This document shows positions 26,401-42,700 of a DNA stretch of 64,000 bases, piece by piece (position 1 is the stretch's first letter; the number at the start of each line of letters is the position of its first letter). Origin of the DNA: Eledone cirrhosa (lineage: Eukaryota); NCBI GenBank assembly GCA_964016885.1, contig OZ024740.1, forward strand, positions 423,646,001-423,710,000. Direction: 5' to 3'. The notes below the pieces were generated by a model, which saw nothing but the letters and a program-made list of their open reading frames with translations, was not told the origin of the DNA and made no database searches. The position numbers were made by a program, and so were the translations under genes.

Positions 26401-29149
26401 ATATAAGACTGTAGTGGTATTGACTAATGTAGTGCAATCTAATTCTATATAAGACTGTAGTGGTATTGACTAATGTAGTCCAATCTAATTCTATATAAGC
26501 CTGTAGTGGTATTGACTAATGTAGTCCAATCTAATTCTATATAAGACTGTAGTGGTATTGACTAATGTAGTCCAATCTAATTCTATATAAGACTGTAGTG
26601 GTATTGACTAATGTACTCCAATCTAATTCTATATAAGACTGTAGTGGTATTGACTAAAGTAGTCCAATCTAATTCTATATAAGGCTGTAGTGGTATTGAC
26701 TAATGTAGTCCAATCTAATTCTATATAAGACTGTAGTGGTATTGACTAATGTACTCCAACCTAATTCTATATAAGACTGTAGTGGTATTGACTAATGTAG
26801 TTCAATCTAATTCTATATAAGATTGTAGTGGTATTGACTAATGTAGTCCAATCTAATTCTATATAAGACTGTAGTGGTATTGACTAATGTACTCCAACCT
26901 AATTCTATATAAGACTGTAGTGGTATTGACTAATGTACTCCAATCTAATTCTATATAAGACTGTAGTGGTATTGACTAATATACTCCAATCTAATTCTAT
27001 ATAAGACTGTAGTGGTATTGACTAATGTACTCCAATCTAATTCTATATAAGACTGTAGTGGTATTGACTAATGTAGTCCAACCTAATTCTATATAAGACT
27101 GTAGTGGTATTGACTAATGTAGTCCAACCTAATTCTATATAAGACTGTAGTGGTATTGACTAATGTAGTCCAATCTAACTCTATATAAGACTGTAGTGGT
27201 ACTGACTAATGTAGTCCAATCTAATTCTATATAAGACTGTAGTGGTATTGACTAATGTAGTCCAATCTAACTCTATATAAGACTGTAGTGGTACTGACTA
27301 ATGTAGTCCAATCTAATTCTATATAAGACTGTAGTGGTATTGACTAATGTACTCCAATCTAATTCTATATAAGACTGTAGTGGTATTGACTAATGTAGTC
27401 CAATCTAATTCTATATAAGACTGTAGTGGTATTGACTAATGTAGTCCAATCTAATTCTATATAAGACTGTAGTGGTACTGACTAATGTAGTCCAATCTAA
27501 TTCTATATAAGACTGTAGTGGTATTGACTAATGTACTCCAATCTAATTCTATATAAGACTGTAGGGTATTGACTAATGTACTCCAATCTAATTCTATATA
27601 AGACTGTAGTGGTATTGACTAATATACTCCAATCTAATTCTATATAAGACTGTAGTGGTATTGACTAATGTAGTCCAATCTAATTCTATATAAGACTGTA
27701 GTGGTATTGACTAATGTAGTCCAATCTAATTCTATATAAGACTGAAGTGGTATTGACTAATGTAGTCCAATCTAATTCTATATAAGACTGTAGTGGTATT
27801 GACTAAAGTAGTCCAATCTAATTCTATATAAGGCTGTAGTGGTATTGACTAATGTAGTCCAATCTAATTCTATATAAGACTGTAGTGGTATTGACTAATG
27901 TACTCCAACCTAATTCTATATAAGACTGTAGTGGTATTGACTAATGTAGTCCAATCTAATTCTATATAAGACTGTAGTGGTATTGACTAATGTAGTTCAA
28001 TCTAATTCTATATAAGACTGTAGTGGTATTGACTAATGTAGTCCAATCTAATTCTATATAAGACTGTAGTGGTATTGACTAATGTAGTCCAATCTAATTC
28101 TATATAAGACTGTAGTGGTATTGACTAATGTAGTCCAATCTAATTCTATATAAGACTGTAGTGGTATTGACTAATGTAGTCCAATCTAATTCTATATAAG
28201 ACTGTAGTGGTATTGACTAAAGTAGTCCAATCTAATTCTATATAAGGCTGTAGTGGTATTGACTAATGTAGTCCAATCTAATTCTATATAAGACTGTAGT
28301 GGTACTGACTAATGTAGTCCAATCTAATTCTATATAAGACTGTAGTGGTATTGACTAATGTACTCCAATCTAATTCTATATAAGACTGTAGGGTATTGAC
28401 TAATGTACTCCAATCTAATTCTATATAAGACTGTAGTGGTATTGACTAATGTACTCCAATCTAATTCTATATAAGACTGTAGTGGTATTGACTAATATAC
28501 TCCAATCTAATTCTATATAAGACTGTAGTGGTATTGACTAATGTAGTCCAATCTAATTCTATATAAGACTGTAGTGGTATTGACTAATGTAGTCCAATCT
28601 AATTCTATATAAGACTGTAGTGGTATTGACTAAAGTAGTCCAATCTAATTCTATATAAGGCTGTAGTGGTATCGACTAATGTAGTCCAATCTAATTCTAT
28701 ATAAGACTGTAGTGGTATTGACTAATGTACTCCAACCTAATTCTATATAAGACTGTAGTGGTATTGACTAATGTAGTTCAATCTAATTCTATATAAGACT
28801 GTAGTGGTATTGACTAATGTAGTCCAATCTAATTCTATATAAGACTGTAGTGGTATTGACTAATGTACTCCAACCTAATTCTATATAAGACTGTAGTGGT
28901 ATTGACTAATGTACTCCAATCTAATTCTATATAAGACTGTAGTGGTATTGACTAATATACTCCAATCTAATTCTATATAAGACTGTAGTGGTATTCACTA
29001 ATGTACTCCAATCTAATTCTATATAAGACTGTAGTGGTATTGACTAATGTACTCCAATCTAATTCTATATAAGACTGTAGTGGTACTGACTGATGTAGTC
29101 TAATCTAATTCTATATAAGACTGTAGGGTATTGACTAATGTACTCCAAT

Positions 29150-32100
29150 CTAATTCTATATAAGACTGTAGTGGTATTGACTAATGTACTCCAATCTAAT
29201 TCTATATAAGACTGTAGTGGTATTGACTAATGTAGTCCAATCTAATTCTATATAAGACTGTAGTGGTATTGAGTAATGTACTCCAACCTAATTCTATATA
29301 AGACTGTAGTGGTATTGACTAATGTACTCCAATCTAATTCTATATAAGACTGTAGTGGTATTGACTAATGTAGTCCAACCTAATTCTATATAAGACTGTA
29401 GGGTATTGACTAATGTACTCCAATCTAATTCTATATAAGACTGTAGTGGTATTGACTAATGTAGTCCAATCTAATTCTATATAAGACTGTAGTGGTATTG
29501 ACTAATGTACTCCAATCTAATTCTATATAAGACTGTAGTGGTACTGACTAATGTAGTCTAATCTAATTCTATATAAGACTGTAGGGTATTGACTAATGTA
29601 CTCCAATCTAATTCTATATAAGACTGTAGTGGTATTGACTAATGTAGTCCAATCTAATTCTATATAAGACTGTAGTGGTATTGACTAATGTAGTCCAATC
29701 TAATTCTATATAAGACTGTAGTGGTATTGACTAATGTAGTCCAATCTAATTCTATATAAGACTGTAGTGGTATTGACTAATGTAGTCCAATCTAATTCTA
29801 TATAAGACTGTAGTGGTATTGAGTAATGTACTCCAACCTAATTCTATATAAGACTGTAGTGGTATTGACTAATGTACTCCAATCTAATTCTATATAAGAC
29901 TGTAGTGGTATTGACTAATGTAGTCCAACCTAATTCTATATAAGACTGTAGTGGTATTGACTAATGTAGTCCAACCTAATTCTATATAAGACTGTAGTGG
30001 TATTGACTAATGTACTCCAATCTAATTCTATATAAGACTGTAGTGGTATTGACTAATGTAGTCCAACCTAATTCTATATAAGACTGTAGTGGTATTGACT
30101 AATGTAGTCCAACCTAATTCTATATAAGACTGTAGTGGTATTGACTAATGTAGTCCAACCTAATTCTATATAAGACTGTAGTGGTATTGACTAATGTAGT
30201 CCAACCTAATTCTATATAAGACTGTAGTGGTATTGACTAATGTACTCCAACCTAATTCTATATAAGACTGTAGTGGTATTGACTAATGTACTCCAATCTA
30301 ATTCTATATAAGACTGTAGTGGTATTGACTAATGTAGTCCAATCTAATTCTATATAAGACTGTAGTGGTATTGACTAATGTAGTCCAATCTAATTCTATA
30401 TAAGACTGTAGTGGTATTCACTAATGTACTCCAATCTAATTCTATATAAGACTGTAGTGGTATTGACTAATGTAGTCCAATCTAATTCTATATAAGACTG
30501 TAGTGGTACTGACTAAAGTAGTCCAATCTAATTCTATATAAGACTGTAGTGGTATTGACTAATGTACTCCAATCTAATTCTATATAAGACTGTAGTGGTA
30601 TTGACTAATGTAGTCCAATCTAATTCTATATAAGACTGTAGTGGTATTGACTAATGTAGTCCAATCTAATTCTATATAAGACTGTAGTGGTACTGACTAA
30701 TGTAGTCCAATCTAATTCTATATAAGACTGTAGTGGTATTGACTAATGTACTCCAATCTAATTCTATATAAGACTGTAGGGTATTGACTAATGTACTCCA
30801 ATCTAATTCTATATAAGACTGTAGTGGTATTGACTAATGTAGTCCAATCTAATTCTATATAAGACTGTAGTGGTATTGACTAAAGTAGTCCAATCTAATT
30901 CTATATAAGGCTGTAGTGGTATTGACTAATGTAGTCCAATCTAATTCTATATAAGACTGTAGTGGTACTGACTAATGTAGTCCAATCTAATTCTATATAA
31001 GACTGTAGTGGTATTGACTAATGTACTCCAATCTAATTCTATATAAGACTGTAGGGTATTGACTAATGTACTCCAATCTAATTCTATATAAGACTGTAGT
31101 GGTATTGACTAATGTACTCCAATCTAATTCTATATAAGACTGTAGTGGTATTGACTAATATACTCCAATCTAATTCTATATAAGACTGTAGTGGTATTGA
31201 CTAATGTAGTCCAATCTAATTCTATATAAGACTGTAGTGGTATTGACTAATGTACTCCAATCTAATTCTATATAAGACTGTAGTGGTATTGACTAAAGTA
31301 GTCCAATCTAATTCTATATAAGGCTGTAGTGGTATTGACTAATGTAGTCCAATCTAATTCTATATAAGACTGTAGTGGTATTGACTAATGTACTCCAACC
31401 TAATTCTATATAAGACTGTAGTGGCATTGACTAATGAACTCCAATCTAATTCTATATAACACTGTAGTGGTATTGACTAATGTAGTTCAATCTAATTCTA
31501 TATAAGACTGTAGTGGTATTGACTAATGTACTCCAATCTAATTCTATATAAGACTGTAGTGGTATTGACTAATGTAGTCCAATCTAATTCTATATAAGAC
31601 TGTAGTGGTATTGACTAATGTAGTTCAATCTAATTCTATATAAGACTGTAGTGGTATTGACTAATGTACTCCAATCTAATTCTATATAAGACTGTAGTGG
31701 TATTGACTAATGTACTCCAACCTAATTCTATATAAGACTGTAGTGGTATTGACTAATGTAGTCCAACCTAATTCTATATAAGACTGTAGTGGTATTGACT
31801 AATGTACTCCAATCTAATTCTATATAAGACTGTAGTGGTATTGACTAATGTAGTCCAATCTAATTCTATATAAGACTGTAGTGGTATTGACTAATGTACT
31901 CCAACCTAATTCTATATAAGACTGTAGTGGTATTGACTAATGTAGTCCAACCTAATTCTATATAAGACTGTAGTGGTATTGACTAATGTACTCCAATCTA
32001 TTTCTATATAAGACTGTAGTGGTATTGACTAATGTACTCCAACCTAATTCTATATAAGACTGTAGTGGTATTGACTAATGTACTCCAACCTAATTCTATA

Positions 32101-35100
32101 TAAGACTGTAGTGGTATTGACTAATGTAGTCCAATCTAATTCTATATAAGACTGTAGTGGTATTGACTAATGTAGTCCAATCTAATTCTATATAAGACTG
32201 TAGTGGTATTGACTAATGTACTCCAACCTAATTCTATATAAGACTGTAGTGGTATTGACTAATGTAGTCCAACCTAATTCTATATAAGACTGTAGTGGTA
32301 TTGACTAATGTACTCCAATCTAATTCTATATAAGACTGTAGTGGTATTGACTAATGTACTCCAATCTAATTCTATATAAGACTGTAGTGGTATTGACTAA
32401 TGTACTCCAATCTAATTCTATATAAGACTGTAGTGGTATTGACTAATGTAGTCCAATCTAATTCTATATAAGACTGTAGTGGTATTGAGTAATGTACTCC
32501 AACCTAATTCTATATAAGACTGTAGTGGTATTGACTAATGTACTCCAATCTAATTCTATATAAGACTGTAGTGGTATTGACTAATGTAGTCCAACCTAAT
32601 TCTATATAAGACTGTAGGGTATTGACTAATGTACTCCAATCTAATTCTATATAAGACTGTAGTGGTATTGACTAATGTAGTCCAATCTAATTCTATATAA
32701 GACTGTAGTGGTATTGACTAATGTACTCCAATCTAATTCTATATAAGACTGTAGTGGTACTGACTAATGTAGTCTAATCTAATTCTATATAAGACTGTAG
32801 GGTATTGACTAATGTACTCCAATCTAATTCTATATAAGACTGTAGTGGTATTGACTAATGTAGTCCAATCTAATTCTATATAAGACTGTAGTGGTATTGA
32901 CTAATGTAGTCCAATCTAATTCTATATAAGACTGTAGTGGTATTGACTAATGTAGTCCAATCTAATTCTATATAAGACTGTAGTGGTATTGACTAATGTA
33001 GTCCAATCTAATTCTATATAAGACTGTAGTGGTATTGAGTAATGTACTCCAACCTAATTCTATATAAGACTGTAGTGGTATTGACTAATGTACTCCAATC
33101 TAATTCTATATAAGACTGTAGTGGTATTGACTAATGTAGTCCAACCTAATTCTATATAAGACTGTAGTGGTATTGACTAATGTAGTCCAACCTAATTCTA
33201 TATAAGACTGTAGTGGTATTGACTAATGTACTCCAATCTAATTCTATATAAGACTGTAGTGGTATTGACTAATGTAGTCCAACCTAATTCTATATAAGAC
33301 TGTAGTGGTATTGACTAATGTAGTCCAACCTAATTCTATATAAGACTGTAGTGGTATTGACTAATGTAGTCCAACCTAATTCTATATAAGACTGTAGTGG
33401 TATTGACTAATGTAGTCCAACCTAATTCTATATAAGACTGTAGTGGTATTGACTAATGTACTCCAACCTAATTCTATATAAGACTGTAGTGGTATTGACT
33501 AATGTACTCCAATCTAATTCTATATAAGACTGTAGTGGTATTGACTAATGTAGTCCAATCTAATTCTATATAAGACTGTAGTGGTATTGACTAATGTAGT
33601 CCAATCTAATTCTATATAAGACTGTAGTGGTATTCACTAATGTACTCCAATCTAATTCTATATAAGACTGTAGTGGTATTGACTAATGTAGTCCAATCTA
33701 ATTCTATATAAGACTGTAGTGGTACTGACTAAAGTAGTCCAATCTAATTCTATATAAGACTGTAGTGGTATTGACTAATGTACTCCAATCTAATTCTATA
33801 TAAGACTGTAGTGGTATTGACTAATGTAGTCCAATCTAATTCTATATAAGACTGTAGTGGTATTGACTAATGTAGTCCAATCTAATTCTATATAAGACTG
33901 TAGTGGTACTGACTAATGTAGTCCAATCTAATTCTATATAAGACTGTAGTGGTATTGACTAATGTACTCCAATCTAATTCTATATAAGACTGTAGGGTAT
34001 TGACTAATGTACTCCAATCTAATTCTATATAAGACTGTAGTGGTATTGACTAATGTAGTCCAATCTAATTCTATATAAGACTGTAGTGGTATTGACTAAA
34101 GTAGTCCAATCTAATTCTATATAAGGCTGTAGTGGTATTGACTAATGTAGTCCAATCTAATTCTATATAAGACTGTAGTGGTACTGACTAATGTAGTCCA
34201 ATCTAATTCTATATAAGACTGTAGTGGTATTGACTAATGTACTCCAATCTAATTCTATATAAGACTGTAGGGTATTGACTAATGTACTCCAATCTAATTC
34301 TATATAAGACTGTAGTGGTATTGACTAATGTACTCCAATCTAATTCTATATAAGACTGTAGTGGTATTGACTAATATACTCCAATCTAATTCTATATAAG
34401 ACTGTAGTGGTATTGACTAATGTAGTCCAATCTAATTCTATATAAGACTGTAGTGGTATTGACTAATGTACTCCAATCTAATTCTATATAAGACTGTAGT
34501 GGTATTGACTAAAGTAGTCCAATCTAATTCTATATAAGGCTGTAGTGGTATTGACTAATGTAGTCCAATCTAATTCTATATAAGACTGTAGTGGTATTGA
34601 CTAATGTACTCCAACCTAATTCTATATAAGACTGTAGTGGCATTGACTAATGAACTCCAATCTAATTCTATATAACACTGTAGTGGTATTGACTAATGTA
34701 GTTCAATCTAATTCTATATAAGACTGTAGTGGTATTGACTAATGTACTCCAATCTAATTCTATATAAGACTGTAGTGGTATTGACTAATGTAGTCCAATC
34801 TAATTCTATATAAGACTGTAGTGGTATTGACTAATGTAGTTCAATCTAATTCTATATAAGACTGTAGTGGTATTGACTAATGTACTCCAATCTAATTCTA
34901 TATAAGACTGTAGTGGTATTGACTAATGTACTCCAACCTAATTCTATATAAGACTGTAGTGGTATTGACTAATGTAGTCCAACCTAATTCTATATAAGAC
35001 TGTAGTGGTATTGACTAATGTACTCCAATCTAATTCTATATAAGACTGTAGTGGTATTGACTAATGTAGTCCAATCTAATTCTATATAAGACTGTAGTGG

Positions 35101-35580
35101 TATTGACTAATGTACTCCAACCTAATTCTATATAAGACTGTAGTGGTATTGACTAATGTAGTCCAACCTAATTCTATATAAGACTGTAGTGGTATTGACT
35201 AATGTACTCCAATCTATTTCTATATAAGACTGTAGTGGTATTGACTAATGTACTCCAACCTAATTCTATATAAGACTGTAGTGGTATTGACTAATGTACT
35301 CCAACCTAATTCTATATAAGACTGTAGTGGTATTGACTAATGTAGTCCAATCTAATTCTATATAAGACTGTAGTGGTATTGACTAATGTAGTCCAATCTA
35401 ATTCTATATAAGACTGTAGTGGTATTGACTAATGTACTCCAACCTAATTCTATATAAGACTGTAGTGGTATTGACTAATGTAGTCCAACCTAATTCTATA
35501 TAAGACTGTAGTGGTATTGACTAATGTACTCCAATCTAATTCTATATAAGACTGTAGTGGTATTGACTAATGTAGTCCAA
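29150..35580. repeat. Tandem block duplication of ~70 monomers (period 3216 bp); boundaries approximate
   Basis: The triple-variant monomer GTGGCATTGACTAATGAACTCC...TATAACACTG occurs at 31425 and 34641 (offset 3216 = 70x46-4, with four 1-bp-deletion monomers in between). The order of flanking variants is repeated. Confidence 0.85.
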
Positions 35581-36749
35581 TCTAATTCTATATAAGACTG
35601 TAGTGGTATTGACTAATGTACTCCAACCTAATTCTATATAAGACTGTAGTGGTATTGACTAATGTAGTCCAACCTAATTCTATATAAGACTGTAGTGGTA
35701 TTGACTAATGTACTCCAATCTATTTCTATATAAGACTGTAGTGGTATTGACTAATGTACTCCAACCTAATTCTATATAGGACTGTAGTGGTATTGACTAA
35801 TGTACTCCAACCTAATTCTATATAAGACTGTAGTGGTATTGACTAATGTAGTCCAATCTAATTCTATATAAGACTGTAGTGGTATTGACTAATGTACTCC
35901 AATCTAATTCTATATAAGACTGTAGTGGTACTGACTAATGTAGTCCAATCTAATTCTATATAAGACTGCAGTGGTATTGACTAATGTACTCCAATCTAAT
36001 TCTATATAAGACTGTAGGGTATTGACTAATGTAGTCCAATCTAATTCTATATAAGACTGTAGTGGTATTGACTAATGTAGTCCAATCTAATTCTATATAA
36101 GACTGTAGTGGTATTGACTAATGTAGTCCAATCTAATTCTATATAAGACTGTAGTGGTATTGACTAAAGTAGTCCAATCTAATTCTATATAAGGCTGTAG
36201 TGGTATTGACTAATGTAGTCCAATCTAATTCTATATAAGACTGTAGTGGTATTGACTAATGTACTCCAACCTAATTCTATATAAGACTGTAGTGGTATTG
36301 ACTAATGTAGTTCAATCTAATTCTATATAAGACTGTAGTGGTATTGACTAATGTACTCCAACCTAATTCTATATAAGACTGTAGTGGTATTGACTAATGT
36401 ACTCCAATCTAATTCTATATAAGACTGTAGTGGTATTGACTAATATACTCCAATCTAATTCTATATAAGACTGTAGTGGTATTCACTAATGTACTCCAAT
36501 CTAATTCTATATAAGACTGTAGTGGTATTGACTAATGTACTCCAATCTAATTCTATATAAGACTGTAGTGGTACTGACTAATGTAGTCTAATCTAATTCT
36601 ATATAAGACTGTAGGGTATTGACTAATGTACTCCAATCTAATTCTATATAAGACTGTAGTGGTATTGACTAATGTACTCCAATCTAATTCTATATAAGAC
36701 TGTAGTGGTATTGACTAATGTAGTCCAATCTAATTCTATATAAGACTGT

Positions 36750-39700
36750 AGTGGTATTGAGTAATGTACTCCAACCTAATTCTATATAAGACTGTAGTGG
36801 TATTGACTAATGTACTCCAATCTAATTCTATATAAGACTGTAGTGGTATTGACTAATGTAGTCCAACCTAATTCTATATAAGACTGTAGTGGTATTGACT
36901 AATGTAGTCCAACCTAATTCTATATAAGACTGTAGTGGTATTGACTAATGTACTCCAATCTAATTCTATATAAGACTGTAGTGGTATTGACTAATGTAGT
37001 CCAATCTAATTCTATATAAGACTGTAGTGGTATTGACTAATGTAGTCCAATCTAACTCTATATAAGACTGTAGTGGTACTGACTAAAGTAGTCCAATCTA
37101 ATTCTATATAAGACTGTAGTGGTATTGACTAATGTACTCCAATCTAATTCTATATAAGACTGTAGTGGTATTGACTAATGTAGTCCAATCTAATTCTATA
37201 TAAGACTGTAGTGGTATTGACTAATGTAGTCCAATCTAATTCTATATAAGACTGTAGTGGTACTGACTAATGTAGTCCAATCTAATTCTATATAAGACTG
37301 TAGTGGTATTGACTAATGTACTCCAATCTAATTCTATATAAGACTGTAGGGTATTGACTAATGTACTCCAATCTAATTCTATATAAGACTGTAGTGGTAT
37401 TGACTAATGTAGTCCAATCTAATTCTATATAAGACTGTAGTGGTATTGACTAAAGTAGTCCAATCTAATTCTATATAAGACTGTAGTGGTACTGACTAAT
37501 GTAGTCCAATCTAATTCTATATAAGACTAGTGGTACTGACTAATGTAGTCCAATCTAATTCTATATAAGACTGTAGTGGTACTGACTAATGTAGTCTAAT
37601 CTAATTCTATATAAGACTGTAGTGGTATTGACTAATGTACTCCAATCTAATTCTATATAAGACTGTAGTGGTATTGACTAATGTAGTCCAACCTAATTCT
37701 ATATAAGACTGTAGTGGTATTGACTAATGTACTCCAATCTAATTCTATATAAGACTGTAGTGGTATTGACTAATGTAGTCCAATCTAATTCTATATAAGA
37801 CTGTAGTGGTATTGACTAATGTAGTCCAATCTAATTCTATATAAGACTGTAGTGGTACTGACTAATGTAGTCCAATCTAATTCTATATAAGACTGTAGTG
37901 GTATTGACTAATGTACTCCAATCTAATTCTATATAAGACTGTAGGGTATTGACTAATGTACTCCAATCTAATTCTATATAAGACTGTAGTGGTATTGACT
38001 AAAGTAGTCCAATCTAATTCTATATAAGGCTGTAGTGGTATTGACTAATGTAGTCCAATCTAATTCTATATAAGACTGTAGTGGTACTGACTAATGTAGT
38101 CCAATCTAATTCTATATAAGACTGTAGGGTATTGACTAATGTACTCCAATCTAATTCTATATAAGACTGTAGTGGTATTGACTAATGTACTCCAATCTAA
38201 TTCTATATAAGACTGTAGTGGTATTGACTAATATACTCCAATCTAATTCTATATAAGACTGTAGTGGTATTGACTAATGTAGTCCAATCTAATTCTATAT
38301 AAGACTGTAGTGGTATTGACTAATGTACTCCAATCTAATTCTATATAAGACTGTAGTGGTATTGACTAATGTAGTCCAATCTAATTCTATATAAGACTGT
38401 AGTGGTATTGACTAATGTACTCCAACCTAATTCTATATAAGACTGTAGTGGTATTGACTAATGTAGTTCAATCTAATTCTATATAAGACTGTAGTGGTAT
38501 TGACTAATGTAGTCCAATCTAATTCTATATAAGACTGTAGTGGTATTGACTAATGTACTCCAACCTAATTCTATATAAGACTGTAGTGGTATTGACTAAT
38601 GTAGTCCAACCTAATTCTATATAAGACTGTAGTGGTATTGACTAATGTAGTCCAACCTAATTCTATATAAGACTGTAGTGGTATTGACTAATGTAGTCCA
38701 ACCTAATTCTATATAAGACTGTAGTGGTATTGACTAATGTACTCCAATCTAATTCTATATAAGACTGTAGTGGTATTGACTAATGTAGTCCAATCTAATT
38801 CTATATAAGACTGTAGTGGTATTGACTAATGTAGTCCAATCTAACTCTATATAAGACTGTAGTGGTACTGACTAAAGTAGTCCAATCTAATTCTATATAA
38901 GACTGTAGTGGTATTGACTAATGTACTCCAATCTAATTCTATATAAGACTGTAGTGGTATTGACTAATGTAGTCCAATCTAATTCTATATAAGACTGTAG
39001 TGGTATTGACTAATGTAGTCCAATCTAATTCTATATAAGACTGTAGTGGTACTGACTAATGTAGTCCAATCTAATTCTATATAAGACTGTAGTGGTATTG
39101 ACTAATGTACTCCAATCTAATTCTATATAAGACTGTAGGGTATTGACTAATGTACTCCAATCTAATTCTATATAAGACTGTAGTGGTATTGACTAATGTA
39201 GTCCAATCTAATTCTATATAAGACTGTAGTGGTATTGACTAAAGTAGTCCAATCTAATTCTATATAAGACTGTAGTGGTACTGACTAATGTAGTCCAATC
39301 TAATTCTATATAAGACTAGTGGTACTGACTAATGTAGTCCAATCTAATTCTATATAAGACTGTAGTGGTACTGACTAATGTAGTCTAATCTAATTCTATA
39401 TAAGACTGTAGTGGTATTGACTAATGTACTCCAATCTAATTCTATATAAGACTGTAGTGGTATTGACTAATGTAGTCCAACCTAATTCTATATAAGACTG
39501 TAGTGGTATTGACTAATGTACTCCAATCTAATTCTATATAAGACTGTAGTGGTATTGACTAATGTACTCCAACCTAATTCTATATAAGACTGTAGTGGTA
39601 TTGACTAATGTACTCCAATCTAATTCTATATAAGACTGTAGTGGTATTGACTAATGTAGTCCAACCTAATTCTATATAAGACTGTAGTGGTATTGACTAA

Positions 39701-42700
39701 TGTAGTCCAACCTAATTCTATATAAGACTGTAGTGGTATTGACTAATGTACTCCAATCTAATTCTATATAAGACTGTAGTGGTATTGACTAATGTAGTCC
39801 AATCTAATTCTATATAAGACTGTAGTGGTATTGACTAATGTAGTCCAATCTAACTCTATATAAGACTGTAGTGGTACTGACTAAAGTAGTCCAATCTAAT
39901 TCTATATAAGACTGTAGTGGTATTGACTAATGTACTCCAATCTAATTCTATATAAGACTGTAGTGGTATTGACTAATGTAGTCCAATCTAATTCTATATA
40001 AGACTGTAGTGGTATTGACTAATGTAGTCCAATCTAATTCTATATAAGACTGTAGTGGTACTGACTAATGTAGTCCAATCTAATTCTATATAAGACTGTA
40101 GTGGTATTGACTAATGTACTCCAATCTAATTCTATATAAGACTGTAGGGTATTGACTAATGTACTCCAATCTAATTCTATATAAGACTGTAGTGGTATTG
40201 ACTAATGTAGTCCAATCTAATTCTATATAAGACTGTAGTGGTATTGACTAAAGTAGTCCAATCTAATTCTATATAAGACTGTAGTGGTACTGACTAATGT
40301 AGTCCAATCTAATTCTATATAAGACTAGTGGTACTGACTAATGTAGTCCAATCTAATTCTATATAAGACTGTAGTGGTACTGACTAATGTAGTCTAATCT
40401 AATTCTATATAAGACTGTAGTGGTATTGACTAATGTACTCCAATCTAATTCTATATAAGACTGTAGTGGTATTGACTAATGTAGTCCAACCTAATTCTAT
40501 ATAAGACTGTAGTGGTATTGACTAATGTACTCCAATCTAATTCTATATAAGACTGTAGTGGTATTGACTAATGTAGTCCAATCTAATTCTATATAAGACT
40601 GTAGTGGTATTGACTAATGTAGTCCAATCTAATTCTATATAAGACTGTAGTGGTACTGACTAATGTAGTCCAATCTAATTCTATATAAGACTGTAGTGGT
40701 ATTGACTAATGTACTCCAATCTAATTCTATATAAGACTGTAGGGTATTGACTAATGTACTCCAATCTAATTCTATATAAGACTGTAGTGGTATTGACTAA
40801 AGTAGTCCAATCTAATTCTATATAAGGCTGTAGTGGTATTGACTAATGTAGTCCAATCTAATTCTATATAAGACTGTAGTGGTACTGACTAATGTAGTCC
40901 AATCTAATTCTATATAAGACTGTAGGGTATTGACTAATGTACTCCAATCTAATTCTATATAAGACTGTAGTGGTATTGACTAATGTACTCCAATCTAATT
41001 CTATATAAGACTGTAGTGGTATTGACTAATATACTCCAATCTAATTCTATATAAGACTGTAGTGGTATTGACTAATGTAGTCCAATCTAATTCTATATAA
41101 GACTGTAGTGGTATTGACTAATGTACTCCAATCTAATTCTATATAAGACTGTAGTGGTATTGACTAATGTAGTCCAATCTAATTCTATATAAGACTGTAG
41201 TGGTATTGACTAATGTACTCCAACCTAATTCTATATAAGACTGTAGTGGTATTGACTAATGTAGTTCAATCTAATTCTATATAAGACTGTAGTGGTATTG
41301 ACTAATGTAGTCCAATCTAATTCTATATAAGACTGTAGTGGTATTGACTAATGTACTCCAACCTAATTCTATATAAGACTGTAGTGGTATTGACTAATGT
41401 AGTCCAACCTAATTCTATATAAGACTGTAGTGGTATTGACTAATGTAGTCCAACCTAATTCTATATAAGACTGTAGTGGTATTGACTAATGTAGTCCAAC
41501 CTAATTCTATATAAGACTGTAGTGGTATTGACTAATGTACTCCAATCTAATTCTATATAAGACTGTAGTGGTATTGACTAATGTAGTCCAATCTAATTCT
41601 ATATAAGACTGTAGTGGTATTGACTAATGTAGTCCAATCTAACTCTATATAAGACTGTAGTGGTACTGACTAAAGTAGTCCAATCTAATTCTATATAAGA
41701 CTGTAGTGGTATTGACTAATGTACTCCAATCTAATTCTATATAAGACTGTAGTGGTATTGACTAATGTAGTCCAATCTAATTCTATATAAGACTGTAGTG
41801 GTATTGACTAATGTAGTCCAATCTAATTCTATATAAGACTGTAGTGGTACTGACTAATGTAGTCCAATCTAATTCTATATAAGACTGTAGTGGTATTGAC
41901 TAATGTACTCCAATCTAATTCTATATAAGACTGTAGGGTATTGACTAATGTACTCCAATCTAATTCTATATAAGACTGTAGTGGTATTGACTAATGTAGT
42001 CCAATCTAATTCTATATAAGACTGTAGTGGTATTGACTAAAGTAGTCCAATCTAATTCTATATAAGACTGTAGTGGTACTGACTAATGTAGTCCAATCTA
42101 ATTCTATATAAGACTAGTGGTACTGACTAATGTAGTCCAATCTAATTCTATATAAGACTGTAGTGGTACTGACTAATGTAGTCTAATCTAATTCTATATA
42201 AGACTGTAGTGGTATTGACTAATGTACTCCAATCTAATTCTATATAAGACTGTAGTGGTATTGACTAATGTAGTCCAACCTAATTCTATATAAGACTGTA
42301 GTGGTATTGACTAATGTACTCCAATCTAATTCTATATAAGACTGTAGTGGTATTGACTAATGTAGTCCAATCTAATTCTATATAAGACTGTAGTGGTATT
42401 GACTAATGTAGTCCAATCTAATTCTATATAAGACTGTAGTGGTACTGACTAATGTAGTCCAATCTAATTCTATATAAGACTGTAGTGGTATTGACTAATG
42501 TACTCCAATCTAATTCTATATAAGACTGTAGGGTATTGACTAATGTACTCCAATCTAATTCTATATAAGACTGTAGTGGTATTGACTAAAGTAGTCCAAT
42601 CTAATTCTATATAAGGCTGTAGTGGTATTGACTAATGTAGTCCAATCTAATTCTATATAAGACTGTAGTGGTACTGACTAATGTAGTCCAATCTAATTCT

